From NCBI GenBank assembly GCA_964016885.1, contig OZ024756.1:26970001-27034000 (forward strand): a stretch of 64,000 nucleotides of DNA, read 5' to 3'. The notes under the pieces are model-generated. The model searched no databases. It saw only the letters and a program-made list of their open reading frames with translations, and was not told the origin of the DNA. The stretch is from Eledone cirrhosa (Eukaryota). The position numbers were made by a program, and so were the translations under genes. This document shows positions 30,330-44,038 of this stretch, piece by piece; position 1 is the stretch's first letter, and every line of letters starts with the position of its first letter.

Positions 30330-30808
30330 GTTAAGGTTACAGGCCCTAACGCAACCAAAATGCTAAACAATGCGGTTCCCGGGCAAAAATTTGAAATATT
30401 TTTCAGTCAAGAAAATTTGTGAAACATAAGTAATGCATATGCAAAATTTTAAAATAATCGGTTGGGTACAGGCCCTATCGCAACCAAAATGCTTTAAAAA
30501 ATCGGTTTTTCGCCTAATGCGGTCCCTGGGGCAAAAAATGAGAAAATCTTTTTTGCTCAAAACACTTTAAACGACATAAGTAATGCAAATTTTGAAGAAA
30601 TCGTCTGGATTATTGTTCCATTATGCCTAAAAAAAGTCTTTAAAGCCTAATGCGGTCCCTAGGACATTGAAAATCTGAAATATTTTTTGCTCAAAGCACT
30701 CACAGGACCATAAGTATTACATGTGTAAAGTTTGAAAACAATCGGTTGGGTGATTCTCGAGTTTTAGTGAGCTGACAGACAGACATTCTCTGTTTTAGAT
30801 ATATAGAT
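30330..30808 (+). mobile_element. Non-autonomous Helentron/DINE-1-like element with internal subrepeats
   Basis: Repeated aaattt...aatcggttg blocks and a gacagacagac...atatataga terminus. Confidence 0.5.
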
Positions 30809-31484
30809 AATTATCTCACATAATATCGAAGCTACGAGATTTTGATGTTATTTATTTTGAGAACAGTACCTTAACATTGATACGAGCGGTCGATTATTGC
30901 TGGTTAAAACAGAAAGAGGTGAGAGAATTCTGGCTGGATACAGCCGGTTTAAATGCTAAAAGGTTAAACTTTTCTTGCTCAGTTCCGAGTTTCCTGAAGC
31001 GTGGATGCGTGAAATTCTAAATCAGTAGAAAGTGTCAGAAATAGAGAACAGTCACATTTTTTTTAATGGCTTTGTTAAGAGTGGAAAGGCAGTGTTCATT
31101 ATATTTGCAGAACTTCCGAAACTAGAAAGAGAAGGGATGGAAGAAAAAAAACAAAATAAAAAAAAGGAGAAACTAGAAAAAGAAGGGGAAGGAAAAGAAT
31201 GTGAAACTAGAAAGAGAAGGAGGGGAAAATATGACTCATGGGTTGTTACAGCCGTAAAAATAAGTACAGCAACGTATCAAGTTATACTCAAGCTGAACAC
31301 CTGGTCCTTATACTTGCTACTAAGTGAACCCCACTAAAGACACATAGGAAGGGTCAAGTGGTCGTATTAAACCGGAAGATGGAGAAAGTCTATCCCATAG
31401 TAAAAACAGTTTTAAGGTTAATTTTTATCACTTCACAATAGAAAAAATGTACCAGTAATATACACCAGTAAATCTAGTTAATTA

Positions 31485-31650
31485 TTTCTTCTTCTTCTGC
31501 TTCTTCTTGTTGAGAGGGTCGTGCGGTTCTTCTATTTTATTCTTTCCTTCTTTTCTTTTTTCTCTTGTCCCCCTTTTTGAAAATTGGGATTATCACTTCC
31601 GATTGCCATTGCTTAGGTGCCTTTCCAGAGATCCAGGCAACTCGGCTGGA
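31485..31650 (-). mobile_element. RTE LINE fragment (pre-RT motif joined to 3' tail)
   Basis: SRVAWISGKAPKQWQSEVIIPIFKKGDK plus a tail similar to 50385-50430. Confidence 0.6.
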
Positions 31651-31722
31651 TATATACGTAAATGTATAATTTTTTATGATTAGTGTTAAAGAATAAAAAC
31701 TGGTGATAAAATAAATAAATAA

Positions 31723-31770
<48 letters not shown>

Positions 31771-31835
31771 CAAGAAAAAATAGTGACATGGTTCGCTATA
31801 CAATAAGGGCTTTAACTTGTTATCCTGTATATATA

Positions 31836-32368
31836 TATCTATCTATCTAAGGCGGGTAAAATTCCCGAGATCCATGGACAAGTTCTCTCCAGCGGTCTCT
31901 GTCCCTCATTATCGCTGCCATGTCCTGCATCTCCAACAGACCAGTGTCTGTCCTTAGGGCATCAACATACGTTAACCTTGGTCTTCTTCTTCTAGTGTGT
32001 CCATGTAGGGGCTCCCAAAGGAGTACTGAGTGCAATGTCAACTCTGGATGTCGGTGAGCATGTTCAGCTAACCTCAGTCTCCTCTGTGTCACTTTTGAGC
32101 TGACTTTTGAGCTGTATTTGGGAGCAAAGATTGGGAATACGGAAGATGATGTGGTTGAGACGAAGAGCAAGGCCTGGGCGGCGTGCCACAGCTTGAGATC
32201 GGTGTGGAAGTCGGACCTTCGTAGAGACCTGAAAATCCGCCTCTTCATTGCTGTAGTGGAGTCTGTGCTGCTGTATGGGTCTGAGACTTGGACACTGACC
32301 AAGAAACTCACTCAGATGGTGGATGGGTGCTACGCGAGAATGCTGAGGATGGCTCTGAACATTAATCA
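31836..32368 (-). mobile_element. 5'-inverted RTE LINE insertion (3' part minus strand, upstream part plus strand)
   Basis: Minus: KVTQRRLRLAEH...WRELV plus tail. Plus 32118-32368: KAWAACHSLRSVWKS...VESVLLYGSETWTL...MLRMALNI. Confidence 0.85.
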
Positions 32369-32436
<68 letters not shown>

Positions 32437-32440
<4 letters not shown>

Positions 32441-32855
32441 ATAATAATAAATTTGAAGACTAAAATCCAAAGAGGGCTCGATAAGGATAAATATATATCA
32501 AATATATACATATGACGTATTTTCTTCATTTTTTCCGTTCATTGCCTGAGAACATCTCTATGAACCACCTAATAGAATATTAGTCTACGACTTCTTTTAT
32601 ACCATAAACGTGGTTCTGTCTTTGCGTGTAATTGTTTTTCACCGCTCCAAATAATGACGTATTATATTCGTTTTTTCCCGTTCTTTGCCAGAGAACGTTT
32701 CCACGAACCAAAGTATCGTCTTCCTGTCTTCCTCCGGTTGCAACGTTTTTTGAAATATTCACTTCTGCGTTCACAGATTGACTTTGTTAGTTTCAGAAGA
32801 TCCCGTTAAGGGTGAAAGCAGCGATTCTTTGCTTAAACTTTAATCTGTTATTTTA

Positions 32856-32860
<5 letters not shown>
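32437..32860. mobile_element. Unclassified (TA)n-associated element; homologous to 58678-58728 and 58935-59260, with remnants at 651-745
   Basis: Shared gtaataataaat(t/g)tgaagactaaaat...agagggctc end; 32520-32850 is the reverse complement of ~58935-59260. Confidence 0.6.
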
Positions 32861-32928
<68 letters not shown>

Positions 32929-33046
32929 GAGCCCTCCGAGGGTATGTGACCCTAAACTATAGTTTGTTTAGCTTAAAGCTAAGCCTAACACTGACTTAAT
33001 ACTTATAAAGATTCTCTAATAATTGAGTCCATTCATCGCTCTAACC

Positions 33047-33393
33047 CAGGGGTGTGCAACATATTCCATTTAGCGGGCCACTTTTGAACATTGGAACAAC
33101 TATTAGGACCAGTCACTGTCAAAAATATGTAATCTAATGAAAACCAGTGAATTGAGTAATAAATACATGTTGAATACATTTTTAAACAATAAAGACAAAT
33201 AAAATATAATTTAGTTTTATTAATGTGAGACTTGGTATTTGGTATAGGTCAACTAACAGAAAATTGTATTACGGTTACGAAAAAAATTCTAAATAAGCCT
33301 ACAAGGTAAAAATTAAAAACGGTAATCGCGGGCCACTCTAACTGGTCTGACCGGCCGGATTGTGGTTCGCGGGCCGCCTGTTGCACGCCCCTA
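33047..33393. mobile_element. hAT/Charlie-like MITE
   Basis: TIRs caggggtgtgcaac / gttgcacgccccta, subterminal gcgggcc motifs, imperfect 8-bp TSD ctctaacc/ctctatac. Confidence 0.75.
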
Positions 33394-33399
33394 CTCTAT

Positions 33400-33555
33400 A
33401 CTCACCACTATAGGCGCTGAGCTGGCTAGCCGCAAGTGTGAGCCTCGCGAGATGGAATGGCTCTTCCAGCGCATCTCCCTTACCATCCTCCGAGGAAACG
33501 CCTTCTCCATTCTGTCCGCCGGGGCCGTTGGGCGGTCAGCACGAGGGATCCCATT
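33400..33555 (+). mobile_element. CRE-clade retrotransposon 3' end
   Basis: EPREMEWLFQRISLTILRGNAFSIL matches the FQRxSxxIxRGNA signature. Confidence 0.7.
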
Positions 33556-34724
33556 TTCTCATAATATAGAGAGATAGAAACGATGACAGTGGGAGTTCGG
33601 CTCTTCCATGTTCGGACCATCAGTTGTTCGTAGGGAAGTAGTGGTTTGTACTTGTTTGTGATTCCTGTATGTAACAGTTATTTAATTGTTATATGTACTG
33701 TTTACTAATACAGTAACCTCACTATTTTTGCACCCAATCACTGGATGTTCTGTTTCTTTCTTCCTTGCTCTGCACTCCCTCTTATCTCTCTCTCTCTCTC
33801 TTCCGTCCACTTCCTTCCTTCCCTTCCACCTCTCTCATACACTATCATATCCTTTACCAGACGTTATCTTGCTACGATGTGATGACGTCTTTGGGAAGGG
33901 TTAATTATAATATTTATGTCGGTGTAGATTCCTGCATGCTTCTTAAGGTAATTCACGTAACTAACAGATTAATGCAAGCAAGCGAACTGTGAGGTTGTGA
34001 CCTTCATTATTTTCTCACTGTTTTTATTTATTTTTATGTTTAACTAGCAGGGAGGGGGGGGGGGGGGGGCATCTTATATTTGAGGGTTGGGTACTTTTTT
34101 TTTATCGTCTTCGAAAAGATGAAAGGCATGGATTATCATGGATTACTTTACTGATTACAGAAGACAGTGTAACATAGACTCCTTTCAATTTCTGTGTATA
34201 TTGTCAATTACGATTTTATTTGATGTATCATATCTACATGCATATATACCTGCGTATAATATCAACATACACACTACACATGCTAGCAGAAAACCACCCA
34301 AAGGGTGGATTTTCTGCTAGTTTAAACAAATAAAGAGAAAGGTGATTGGACTAAACTATTTAACGTATCCATAACTAGGGTGAGCCTACTCAACAAAGAT
34401 ATTAGAGTATCTAAGCCAGGACGCTAAACAAATGTAGGATTTTTTATTTTATTTTAGCACAAAACTTATTGATTTTTTTTTTGTTTTCTTTTTATGGGGG
34501 TGGTTTTGTCATTACTGAATTTTATATAAATATGATGATACCATCTGCCATTTGTAATATAAGGAACAAAGAACCTGATGAGAAATGAGTAATTTGAAAC
34601 CCCTGCTCAAGCGAATGGCGTATATTGAAATACATAAATAATTACACGCATACACACACACGCACATACACACTCACACACACACTCGCACGTGCATACA
34701 CGGACACACGTCGGCACACCACAC

Positions 34725-34772
<48 letters not shown>

Positions 34773-34820
34773 GAAATCTGGTTCGTCCACAGATTTGATG
34801 TGATTTTTGTTGTGTTAACA

Positions 34821-34908
34821 CTGGACTGAGAATCAGGCAGTCTTAGCGTCTAGTCTGGAGTGCCATCCCAGACACGAGTCAGCTGCTTTGGAAACATTTG
34901 TAACCAGG
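34821..34908 (+). ncRNA. Degenerate hammerhead-like motif
   Basis: ctgga-CTGAGA (1-nt deletion)-caggcag...ctgctttg-GAA-ACAttTGT-A-accag followed by AATAAA. Confidence 0.45.
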
Positions 34909-34956
34909 ATTAAGCAATAAATCTCCTATGTAACATCTCCACTTTGTTCTTATCTC

Positions 34957-34976
34957 TCTCTATATAAAATTCTTTA

Positions 34977-35009
<33 letters not shown>

Positions 35010-35120
35010 TTCTAAGCATTCTCAAACGGCTGGAACAAATCAAATCAAATTTTACCAGGTAATAGTATTAGACCCCGGGAGTATCAACATATAATTTTTA
35101 TTTTCATTTGAATTAAAACA
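34957..35120 (+). mobile_element. Non-autonomous Helitron-like 5' end
   Basis: TCTATATAAAA, (tctg)n, then aaacggctggaac...aaatttt. Confidence 0.4.
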
Positions 35121-35265
35121 ATATAATATTTTATCTAAAATAATATTTCTATAGTGAATTATAGTAAACCACCACCACGACTCGGAGAGGGATGGGCTCC
35201 GTCAGGTTTTAAAAAATGCCCCCAAATAAGAGAACATTCCGAGAAAAATCGAGATGAATGTTTAT

Positions 35266-35344
<79 letters not shown>

Positions 35345-36017
35345 CGGACGGACGGAGCAAAATAAAAGAAAAAGATGGTGTAGAGAAAAAGAAAGAATTC
35401 TAGCGAACCGCCGGCGTTTGGGCAAGAAAAGACTGAATGTAGTGTAGTGTAGTGGTTTGTGCAGGGTCTGAGTGGTGGATACAATATAGGTGATGAGAGG
35501 AGGGGACGAGAGAGTCGTGTGTGTTTAGGTGGAGGTGTCACGAGACCAGTCAGTTAGTCAACGTGTTATGAGGAGCAGAGGCCATTATAGTAGAAGTAGA
35601 AATAGGCAAAGAAGGGAGACAACACATCTGTGAGACAAGATAGTTCTCATTTTGTCTCTTTCGTCCACCCTCCCCTCCTCTCTCTCTCTGTTTTATATGC
35701 TACCATATCATTTATCTATCAATTTTACTGTCTGTCTCTCTCTCTCACTTTCTCCCACTCTCTCTCTTTCACCCACTCCCCATTTTCACTCTCACTGTCA
35801 ATCTCACTCACTCTCTGTCTCCGTTCCTCTCCCCTTTTCTTCTTTTATACTCTCTCACCGTGTTCTATACTCTATATCCTTCTTTTCTGTTTTATTCTCT
35901 CCCCCTCTCTTTTCCTTTCTACTCTGTACTCTGTCCTTACCTCTAATCACTACCACCACTACTCATACCTTCTTTGATTGGACAAAGTCTGTGACCCAGC
36001 ACCCTCAATTGCTTTTA

Positions 36018-36094
<77 letters not shown>

Positions 36095-36097
<3 letters not shown>

Positions 36098-36287
36098 CGA
36101 AGGAAATGTGGGAAGGAACCAGGTGGACCATAATGCACCAAAGTACTCAATACTTAGGGTAGTAGAGTGGGTAATAGGAACGAGTAGGACCCGGACGGCT
36201 GAGCTCAAGCCGTTTCGACGGCTAATTCAGTCCACCAGAATTAGCCGTCGAAACGGCTTGAGCTCAGCCGTCCGGGTCCTACTCGTT

Positions 36288-36324
<37 letters not shown>

Positions 36325-36535
36325 AAAGTGTGGTAAGAAACCAGGTGGACCATAACGCACCAGAGTACTCGATACTTAGGGTTGTAGAGTGGGTAATAGG
36401 AAAAGAGTCAGAACGCTGAGCTCTGGAATAGCCGTCGGGGTCAAAGATTTTCCTATTACCCACACTACTACCCTAAGTATTGAGTACTCTGGTGCGTTAT
36501 GGTCCATCCGGTTCCTTACCACTCTTCCTTCGTTA
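36095..36535. mobile_element. Two family A palindromic insertions (36095-36290, 36321-36535)
   Basis: Same family sequence; the second has two long arms. Confidence 0.85.
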
Positions 36536-36571
36536 TACACGCACACACACACACACACGCGCGCGCACGCG

Positions 36572-36653
<82 letters not shown>

Positions 36654-36949
36654 ATAAGGAAATCCAAAGTAGTTTAGGTGTTAAAGTCCTTTATTGATAA
36701 GGCCGTAATACAAATTTCGATGACAACCGTGGTCACGCGATTCTGCGTAGTACCCAGTGCCATGATCTCATCAGACAGCTTCTTACACAATAAGGTTACA
36801 ATCAGGAGGTAATCCAAAATTGAAGCGCCAAGGGAATGGACAAACGCGGTGTTCATGAAGCGAATGTCCGTTCCACTGTCACAGGGGAACAGACTTTAAC
36901 ATCTAAACTACTTTGTATTTCCTTATTCTAAAAATACTCCGTCAATCCT

Positions 36950-37282
36950 ATGTGGAAAAAATGCACGTTGAGTTCTCGAAAATGCACGTTGAGTTCTCGA
37001 AAATGCACGTTGAGTTCTCGAAAATGCAAGTTGAGATCTCGAAAATGCACGTTGAGTTCTCGAAAATGCACGTTGAGTTCTATGTGGAAAAAATGCAAGT
37101 TGAGTTCTCGAAAATGTACGTTGAGTTCTATGTGGAAAATGCACGTTGAGTTCTCGAAAATGCACGTTGAGTTCTCGAAAATGCACGTTGAGTTCTCGAA
37201 AATGCACGTTGAGTTCTCGAAAATGCACGTTGAGTTCTCGAAAATGCACGTTGAGTTCTATGTGGAAAATGCACGTTGAGTT
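36950..37282. repeat. 21-bp tandem repeat x~15
   Basis: Unit aaaatgcacgttgagttctcg, with a tatgtgg variant. Confidence 0.95.
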
Positions 37283-37520
37283 GTTGAATTACATCAATAT
37301 TTTATATACATATATACATACATACATATATGAATTCGATTCACAATCTCGAGGATGTGAGTTCGATTCCTGGATCGGGCGATGCATTATGTCCTTGAGC
37401 AAGACACTTTATTTCACGCTGCTCCTTCTACCTGGAGTTGCGACCGATAGATAGTATTAGCAACTGGAAAGACCAACGGAAACACTCTTTCCTCGGTCCG
37501 AATTTGACGAAAGTCGATCG

Positions 37521-37556
<36 letters not shown>

Positions 37557-37559
<3 letters not shown>

Positions 37560-37748
37560 CGGGTAGGACCCCGACGGCTGAGCTCAAGCCGTTTCGACGG
37601 CTAATTCTGAGTCCAGAATTAGCCGTCGAAACGGCTTGAGCTCAGCCGTCGGGGTCCTACCCGTTCATATTACTTACTCTACTACCCTAAGTATTGAGTA
37701 CTTTGGTGCGTTATGGTCCATCTGGTTCCTTACCACATTTCCTTCGTT
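37557..37748. mobile_element. Family A palindromic insertion (opposite orientation)
   Basis: Short arm then long arm; flanked by (TA)n. Confidence 0.85.
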
Positions 37749-37769
37749 ATATATATATATATATATACG

Positions 37770-37946
37770 TTATTCCGGGTTGAATCGGAGGTAACCACAG
37801 TAAGTAAGGTACTCAATACATAGCAGAGTATAAAAGTTTTAATATAGATGAGATTCTACAGGACTAGAACTGTTTCATTCATTAGAAATCATCAGGAATC
37901 TAATGAATGAAACAGTTCTAGTCCTGTAGAATCTCATCTATATTAA

Positions 37947-37950
<4 letters not shown>
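37770..37950 (-). mobile_element. (TA)n-embedded palindromic element end with minimal hammerhead core (37864-37897)
   Basis: Minus strand CTGATGA-t-ttc-taat-gaa-t-GAAACAGTT; the inverted arm 37899-37950 starts just 5' of the core. Confidence 0.65.
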
Positions 37951-38013
<63 letters not shown>

Positions 38014-38055
38014 TATGTATATATGATATATATATATATATATATATACATAAAG

Positions 38056-38124
<69 letters not shown>

Positions 38125-38830
38125 GGTGTGTGTGTATGTATCTCTCTCTCTCTCTCTCCATCCCATACTCATACTCTCGTTATTTTCGTTATTCTTTCGC
38201 ACAAACACACAGACAGTTCCCATCCTCTCTTCTCTCTTCTTTCTATCGTCGTTTCCTCTTCCCGCCACCTCCACCAACAACAACAACAACATCATTACCA
38301 CCACCACTAATACCACACCGTGTTTTCCTCTCTATAAACCTCATTGCCTACTTACAAAAGAAAAACAACAAAACAACAACTATACATACATATATATATA
38401 TATATAATCCTAGCAACCCATTCAGATCATTTTACTATGATTACATCTCATATACTCAAGCGGACGTAAGCTGGATGTTTATATATATGGATCTTTACAA
38501 ATTATTATGCATCTTTGGTGAGTAAAATGAGCTTATTTATTTATTAACACAAGAATGACTAATGTTTATTACATAGCAAGTATTATTATTTATTTGAAAA
38601 TATTCTTATTCTTTTATAATCTATATAGTAACGAGAAAGAACGGTAAATTTATTTAATATCACACGCTCGTACCAAACAAGGGTGCATTGCCCGTACAAG
38701 CCAAACGAACGAGCCTCACTATGTAGTCGCTCGACCAGTTAGAGATAGTAGCTATATCTTCCTCAAATCACACTTCAAAATTGAAAAAAAAAAAAATAAA
38801 TTAAAAAATAAGACGAAGGACACACTGGAT

Positions 38831-38890
<60 letters not shown>

Positions 38891-39526
38891 CATATACATA
38901 CATTTTTGATCGATCGGGGCTAATCTGGTAGTTAACATCTCGTTATGTACTGCATTATGAGATATACCATATACAAGTTACACTGTCTTTCTCTTCATGT
39001 ACACACACACACACACATATATTAATTCGTGTCCACGAGGCTCTCTCTGTGTGGTCAATAGCAGCCAAATCTTCTTCAAATTACACCCTATCGCCGGAAG
39101 AAAAAAATAATAATAAGAGAAGGAAAGACACGAAGAATATAGTGCCTGGGAAAAGAAAAAAAAAAATGACGGGATGGTCGCGTGTGTATGAATCATTTAA
39201 AAAAAAATCGTACGTCTGCTCGAACGTGGTTGGCCTGGGGCTAAACGAAAGCAACACTATCGCTCGGTTTTATTTTCATACACCACCACTAAGACTTTAA
39301 TTTCGTTCTCATCCAGCCGGCAAAACGAATTATTAACATGATGCTTAATAATAAGAGTAACTATTTTCATATTCTGTCTCTTCAACTAAACTAGAATAAA
39401 TTGTTGTGCAGTAATACACCGTTGGGTTGCCTCTTTCTAAACCTAGTTTTGACAGTAACCGTTGTTACTCCTATAATTACTTTACTGCTTACCTTATTTT
39501 TTTTATTATTTTACTCTCCTTATCTC

Positions 39527-39604
<78 letters not shown>

Positions 39605-39699
39605 AGAGGTTATATTTAATTTGTTGGGATACAAGCAAAATATTTTTGTAACTGATATATAAGGGTATGTCAATATTTATTTATAAAACTAACCTAGAT

Positions 39700-39795
39700 T
39701 ATATTTTATCTGATGAAAGCGCACCATAGTTTGCTCTGGTGGCCCTTGAAATATGTATAATGAAATAAATATGGTTTTATAAATAAATTTGTTAA
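39700..39795 (+). ncRNA. Hammerhead-like core; family of 60333-60665
   Basis: CTGATGA-aag..cacca...tggtg..ctt-GAAA then AATAAA; stem I/III pairing is imperfect. Confidence 0.55.
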
Positions 39796-39890
39796 TATAT
39801 TGTATATATATACACGCACACAGAAATATTTAGGAACACATGCACACAAGTGTGTGCGTGTGCGTGTAGAAATCAAAAGAGAGATTATCT

Positions 39891-39957
<67 letters not shown>

Positions 39958-40511
39958 ATAAGTATGTCTACATATATGTATATATATCTCTATCTTTCTC
40001 TCATTCCTCTTTACCTATCTTTTAACATAATATTCTCATCTTTCATACTGTTCCTTTCTGTTTTTTCTTCTCTTGCCCTCTAAACCCTTCATATTCTTTC
40101 TTTTTTTCTTCTCATTTTCTCTCTCGTTCGTTCATTCACTCTCTTTCTCTCCTATTGTTTAATCACACACTCTTTCTCTCTCTCGCTTTCTTTCTCTCAT
40201 TAATGCCTATCACGTGTCTAAATTTTTCCGATTCTGTCATAGAAAATTGCCGGAGGTGTTTGTTTTAAGTTGTAGTCGGTAACTACATGTCTATAGAGCA
40301 ATGTTTTGGTAAATATTTTATTATTACACCTGTCTCTCTTTAAAGGGTTAGGATTAGAATTATCAAAACATCAAAAACCCTAGGAAAAACATAAATGTTT
40401 ACCAACAAAGGGCGACGGGTGTAATTATAAAAAAATTGCAAATATTTTTTCCCCGATTACATTATTCTTTGGTGGACGTATATTTTGATGTTTAATAGCA
40501 AAATAAAACCC

Positions 40512-41085
40512 GGCACTACCATGCTATTAGCTGTCAGAAATGAAAGTTTCGTCAACCTTCTCAATCGTAAACATCCTTTATTTCCGTTTTACCACGACTT
40601 CTGACAGCTAATACCATGAACTTTAATGAATTTTCACCAACAGTGGAGTTACTTCTGACAGCTAATACCATGAACTATATTATCATAGTCATGGTTATCA
40701 ATGTAGAAAACAAGTCATTTTCACCAACAGTGGAGTTAACTTAAATGAAAATATAGGTGGCCCTTAAAAGGGCCAAATTAGAAAACAAATATATGGTTAT
40801 CAAATTTTTTTCACCAACCCTATACATGAAATTGATAACCATGACTATGAAAATATAAATGATTAAATCCAATTTATTTGATAACCATGACTTGTTTTCT
40901 AATTAACTTAAATTTCTTTTCTAATTTGGCCCTTTTAAGGGCCACCTATATTTTGATTTAAGTAACTCCACTTAGATCGATATGCTTTATAAATATAACG
41001 CGTGGTAATACGGAAATAAAGGATGTTTACGATTGAGAAGGTTGACGAAACTTTCACTTCTAACAGCTATTAGCATGGTAGTGCC
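40512..41085. mobile_element. Non-autonomous DNA transposon with ~85-bp TIRs and a perfect 8-bp TSD (Merlin- or MULE-like)
   Basis: TIR GGCACTACCATGCTA...; TAAAACCC at 40504-40511 and 41086-41093; the interior is also partly palindromic. Confidence 0.8.
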
Positions 41086-41422
41086 TAAAACCCTGTTAAC
41101 GTACGAGCCGATCATGTATAATTGAAAACTTGAAATCGATTAGTTTACTTTGTCTATTGCTCCCTCCTCACGGTCTATTTTACCTGGCTTTCTCTTTCAC
41201 TCTAGTATTTTTGTGTGGTTTTTCTTCTGCGGAACGGAATTAGTTTTTGGTGTTTAGCTCCAGGTAAGTTGGTAGAGTCGTTAGAACGTCGGATAGAATG
41301 CTTTGCAGTATTCGTTGTAGCTCTCTGCTCTCAAATTTTTTAGTTCAAATCCCGCTGAGGTCAACTTTGCTTTTCATACCAGTCTAGTTTTGGGGTCGAT
41401 TCTTCCTCTATATCTCTTTCTC

Positions 41423-41491
<69 letters not shown>

Positions 41492-41815
41492 CTCTCCTTC
41501 CCTGGAAGAAATCTGCTGTAGTTAGACCTGGAGAGGAGATGGACTCCGCCAGGCATAAAATGCCGTATGCCACTACGGCGCCTCTAAGACTCCACTAGGA
41601 GTTACGAGACCATACTATACCATACCAGCCACAAGTAAACTGAAATTAAACAGGCATATGATCAAAGGCATTCCAATCATGACTATATCCCATATTTTCC
41701 CTATTTGCAGGTAAACCAGAAGCATATCAAACGTGTCCATTTGAAAAGATGGCTCGATGTGAATTGAGTAGCTGTTTTGGCTACTATTTCTAGCAGATCG
41801 AATGATCATCTAGAA

Positions 41816-42165
41816 CGGTGGTTCCAACCTTTTGTGCAGCATGCTCCCCACCTCAACATCTAAAAAAATTGTTATGCTCCCCTCGCCTGATATAAAAAGG
41901 CCGCCCTTTGATATGAAAATGCCCCCCATTGATATGAAAACAGCGATGATCAACTGCAAAGTGTAAAGAAATTGGTGTATAGGTGGTACCAGATGCACAA
42001 TAACATGTGTGAAGGAGGAGGTGAGACAGAAGTTTCCGACACTAATGTGTAACTAAGTTGCTGTCTTAGTGTAAAAGTAATAAGGTAAAACCTCAAGTTT
42101 GTTCTCATTAACATTTTCAAATTACACCCCCTCTAGGGCGTGCACCCCCACGTTGGGATTCACTG
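41816..42165. mobile_element. hAT/Charlie-like MITE, decayed
   Basis: cggtggttccaacctttt ... cccccacgttgggattcactg termini; no clear TSD. Confidence 0.5.
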
Positions 42166-42360
42166 TACGAACTTCCTTTTTAACTCATGAGTGAAGTTAG
42201 TGAGACCTGGCGTATGTGTGTGTGTGTCTATCTGTGTGTGGTTGTGTGTATGTATGTGTGTCTGTGTGTGTGTGTGTATGTATGAGTCAGGTTTAATTTC
42301 TGGTCGTTGTTACTGTCACACTTCACTGCAGCCACACCCCTGGGGAAGAAACTGTCAATT

Positions 42361-42790
42361 GGTGGTGGATTGGCAGTATCGGTAGAGCGTCAGACAATAT
42401 GCTTTGAAGCGTAGAGTTATGGCCCTTTTTATGTTTTAAGTTCAAATCCCGCCGAGGTTAACTTTGCCTTTCGTCCTTACAGGATTGATAAAATAAAGTA
42501 CCAGTAATGCACTGGTATAATTGCTGGCCTTGTGTCTAAACAAGAAACAGCTATCTCACTGTCAAAGTTCATAACCCATTAGTAGATATATTACCAGGGA
42601 CATACAGCTTCTACTCTCGGGTCTCGAATAATCGCCCCAAATATTTTAATTGATTAACATTAATTAAATACATTCTGAGTTCAAATCCCGCCAAGGTTAA
42701 CTTTGCCTTTCATCCTTACGGGGTTGATAAAATAAAGTACCAGTAATACACTGGGTAATTGCTGGCCTTGTGCCAAAAGTAGAAACAATT
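42361..42790 (+). mobile_element. One full and one 5'-truncated SINE
   Basis: Both match the SINE at 9279. Confidence 0.8.
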
Positions 42791-42796
42791 ATTTAA

Positions 42797-43420
42797 ATAC
42801 ATAGGTAGTGTCTGTCATTAGAAATATGGAAATGGAAGGGTTAAAGACATAGATAGTGTCTTTCATTAGAAATATGGAAATGGAAGGGTTAAAGACATAG
42901 ATAGTGTCTTTCATTAGAAATATGGAAATGGAAGGGTTAAAGACATAGATAGTGTCTTTCATTAGAAATATGGAAATGGAAGGGTTAAAGACATAGATAG
43001 TGTCTTTCATTAGAAATATGGTAATGGAAGGGTTAAAGACATAGATAGTGTCTTTCATTAGAAATATGGTAATGGAAGGGTTAAAGACATAGATAGTGTC
43101 TTTCATTAGAAATATGGTAATGGAAGGGTTAAAGACATAAATAGTGTCTTTCATTAGAAATATGGTAATGGAAGGGTTAAAGACATAGATAGTGTCTTTC
43201 ATTAGAAATATGGTAATGGAAGGGTTAAAGACATAGGTAGTGTCTTTCATTAGAAATATGGTAATGGAAGGGTTAAAGACATAGATAGAGTCTTTCATCA
43301 GAAATATGGTAATGGAAGGGTTAAAGACATAGATAGTGTCTTTCATTAGAAATATGGTAATGGAAGGGTTAAAGACATAGGTAGAGTCTTTCATTAGAAA
43401 TATGATAATGAAAGGTTTAA
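42797..43420. repeat. 48-bp minisatellite x~13
   Basis: ttaaagacat recurs every 48 bp. Confidence 0.95.
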
Positions 43421-43599
43421 TGAAATGTCTCAAGAGTTTCGGTTGAGATGAATACCTAGTCAAATAGTGGATGACACCTTTATCCTATTCAGACATTATC
43501 AATATCTTTGATAGTTCTTCTGTTACTGTGGATTCACATCCCTGAAATAATCTAGTTATATTTACCAAAATATAGATATTGGTAGGGACAATTCTATAT

Positions 43600-43713
43600 A
43601 AGTGTGATTGTGTGTCTGTGAAACATACACCAGGTCCAAACACAGAGGAACCAAACTCCCACTGTCAGTGTGAGTGTGTGTCTGTGAAATATATATATAT
43701 ATATATTTCACAG

Positions 43714-43763
<50 letters not shown>

Positions 43764-43789
43764 TTCACATACACACACTTATATATATC

Positions 43790-43820
<31 letters not shown>

Positions 43821-43886
43821 CAGGTCTGAACACAGAAGAACCAAACTCCCACTGTCACTGCCTCAGTGTAAGTGTGTGTCTGTGAA

Positions 43887-43918
<32 letters not shown>

Positions 43919-44004
43919 ATATATATATACCAGGTCTGAACACAAAGGAACCAAACTCCCACTGTCACTGCCTCTCACTGCCTCAGTGTGAGTGTGTGTC
44001 TGTG

Positions 44005-44038
<34 letters not shown>

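Noticed and set aside
34574-34605. CTGATGA...GAAAC as a hammerhead
   Set aside because: Stems do not pair convincingly; compatible with chance in AT-rich DNA.
36665-36895. Possible retrotransposon endonuclease fragment
   Set aside because: Only vague motif similarity; cannot be assigned without a search.
41255-41275. CAG|GTAAGT splice donor marking an exon
   Set aside because: Coincides with a diverged SINE head; no supported upstream exon.
42789-43463. 224-aa repetitive ORF
   Set aside because: Translation of a 48-bp minisatellite whose unit happens to be a multiple of 3.
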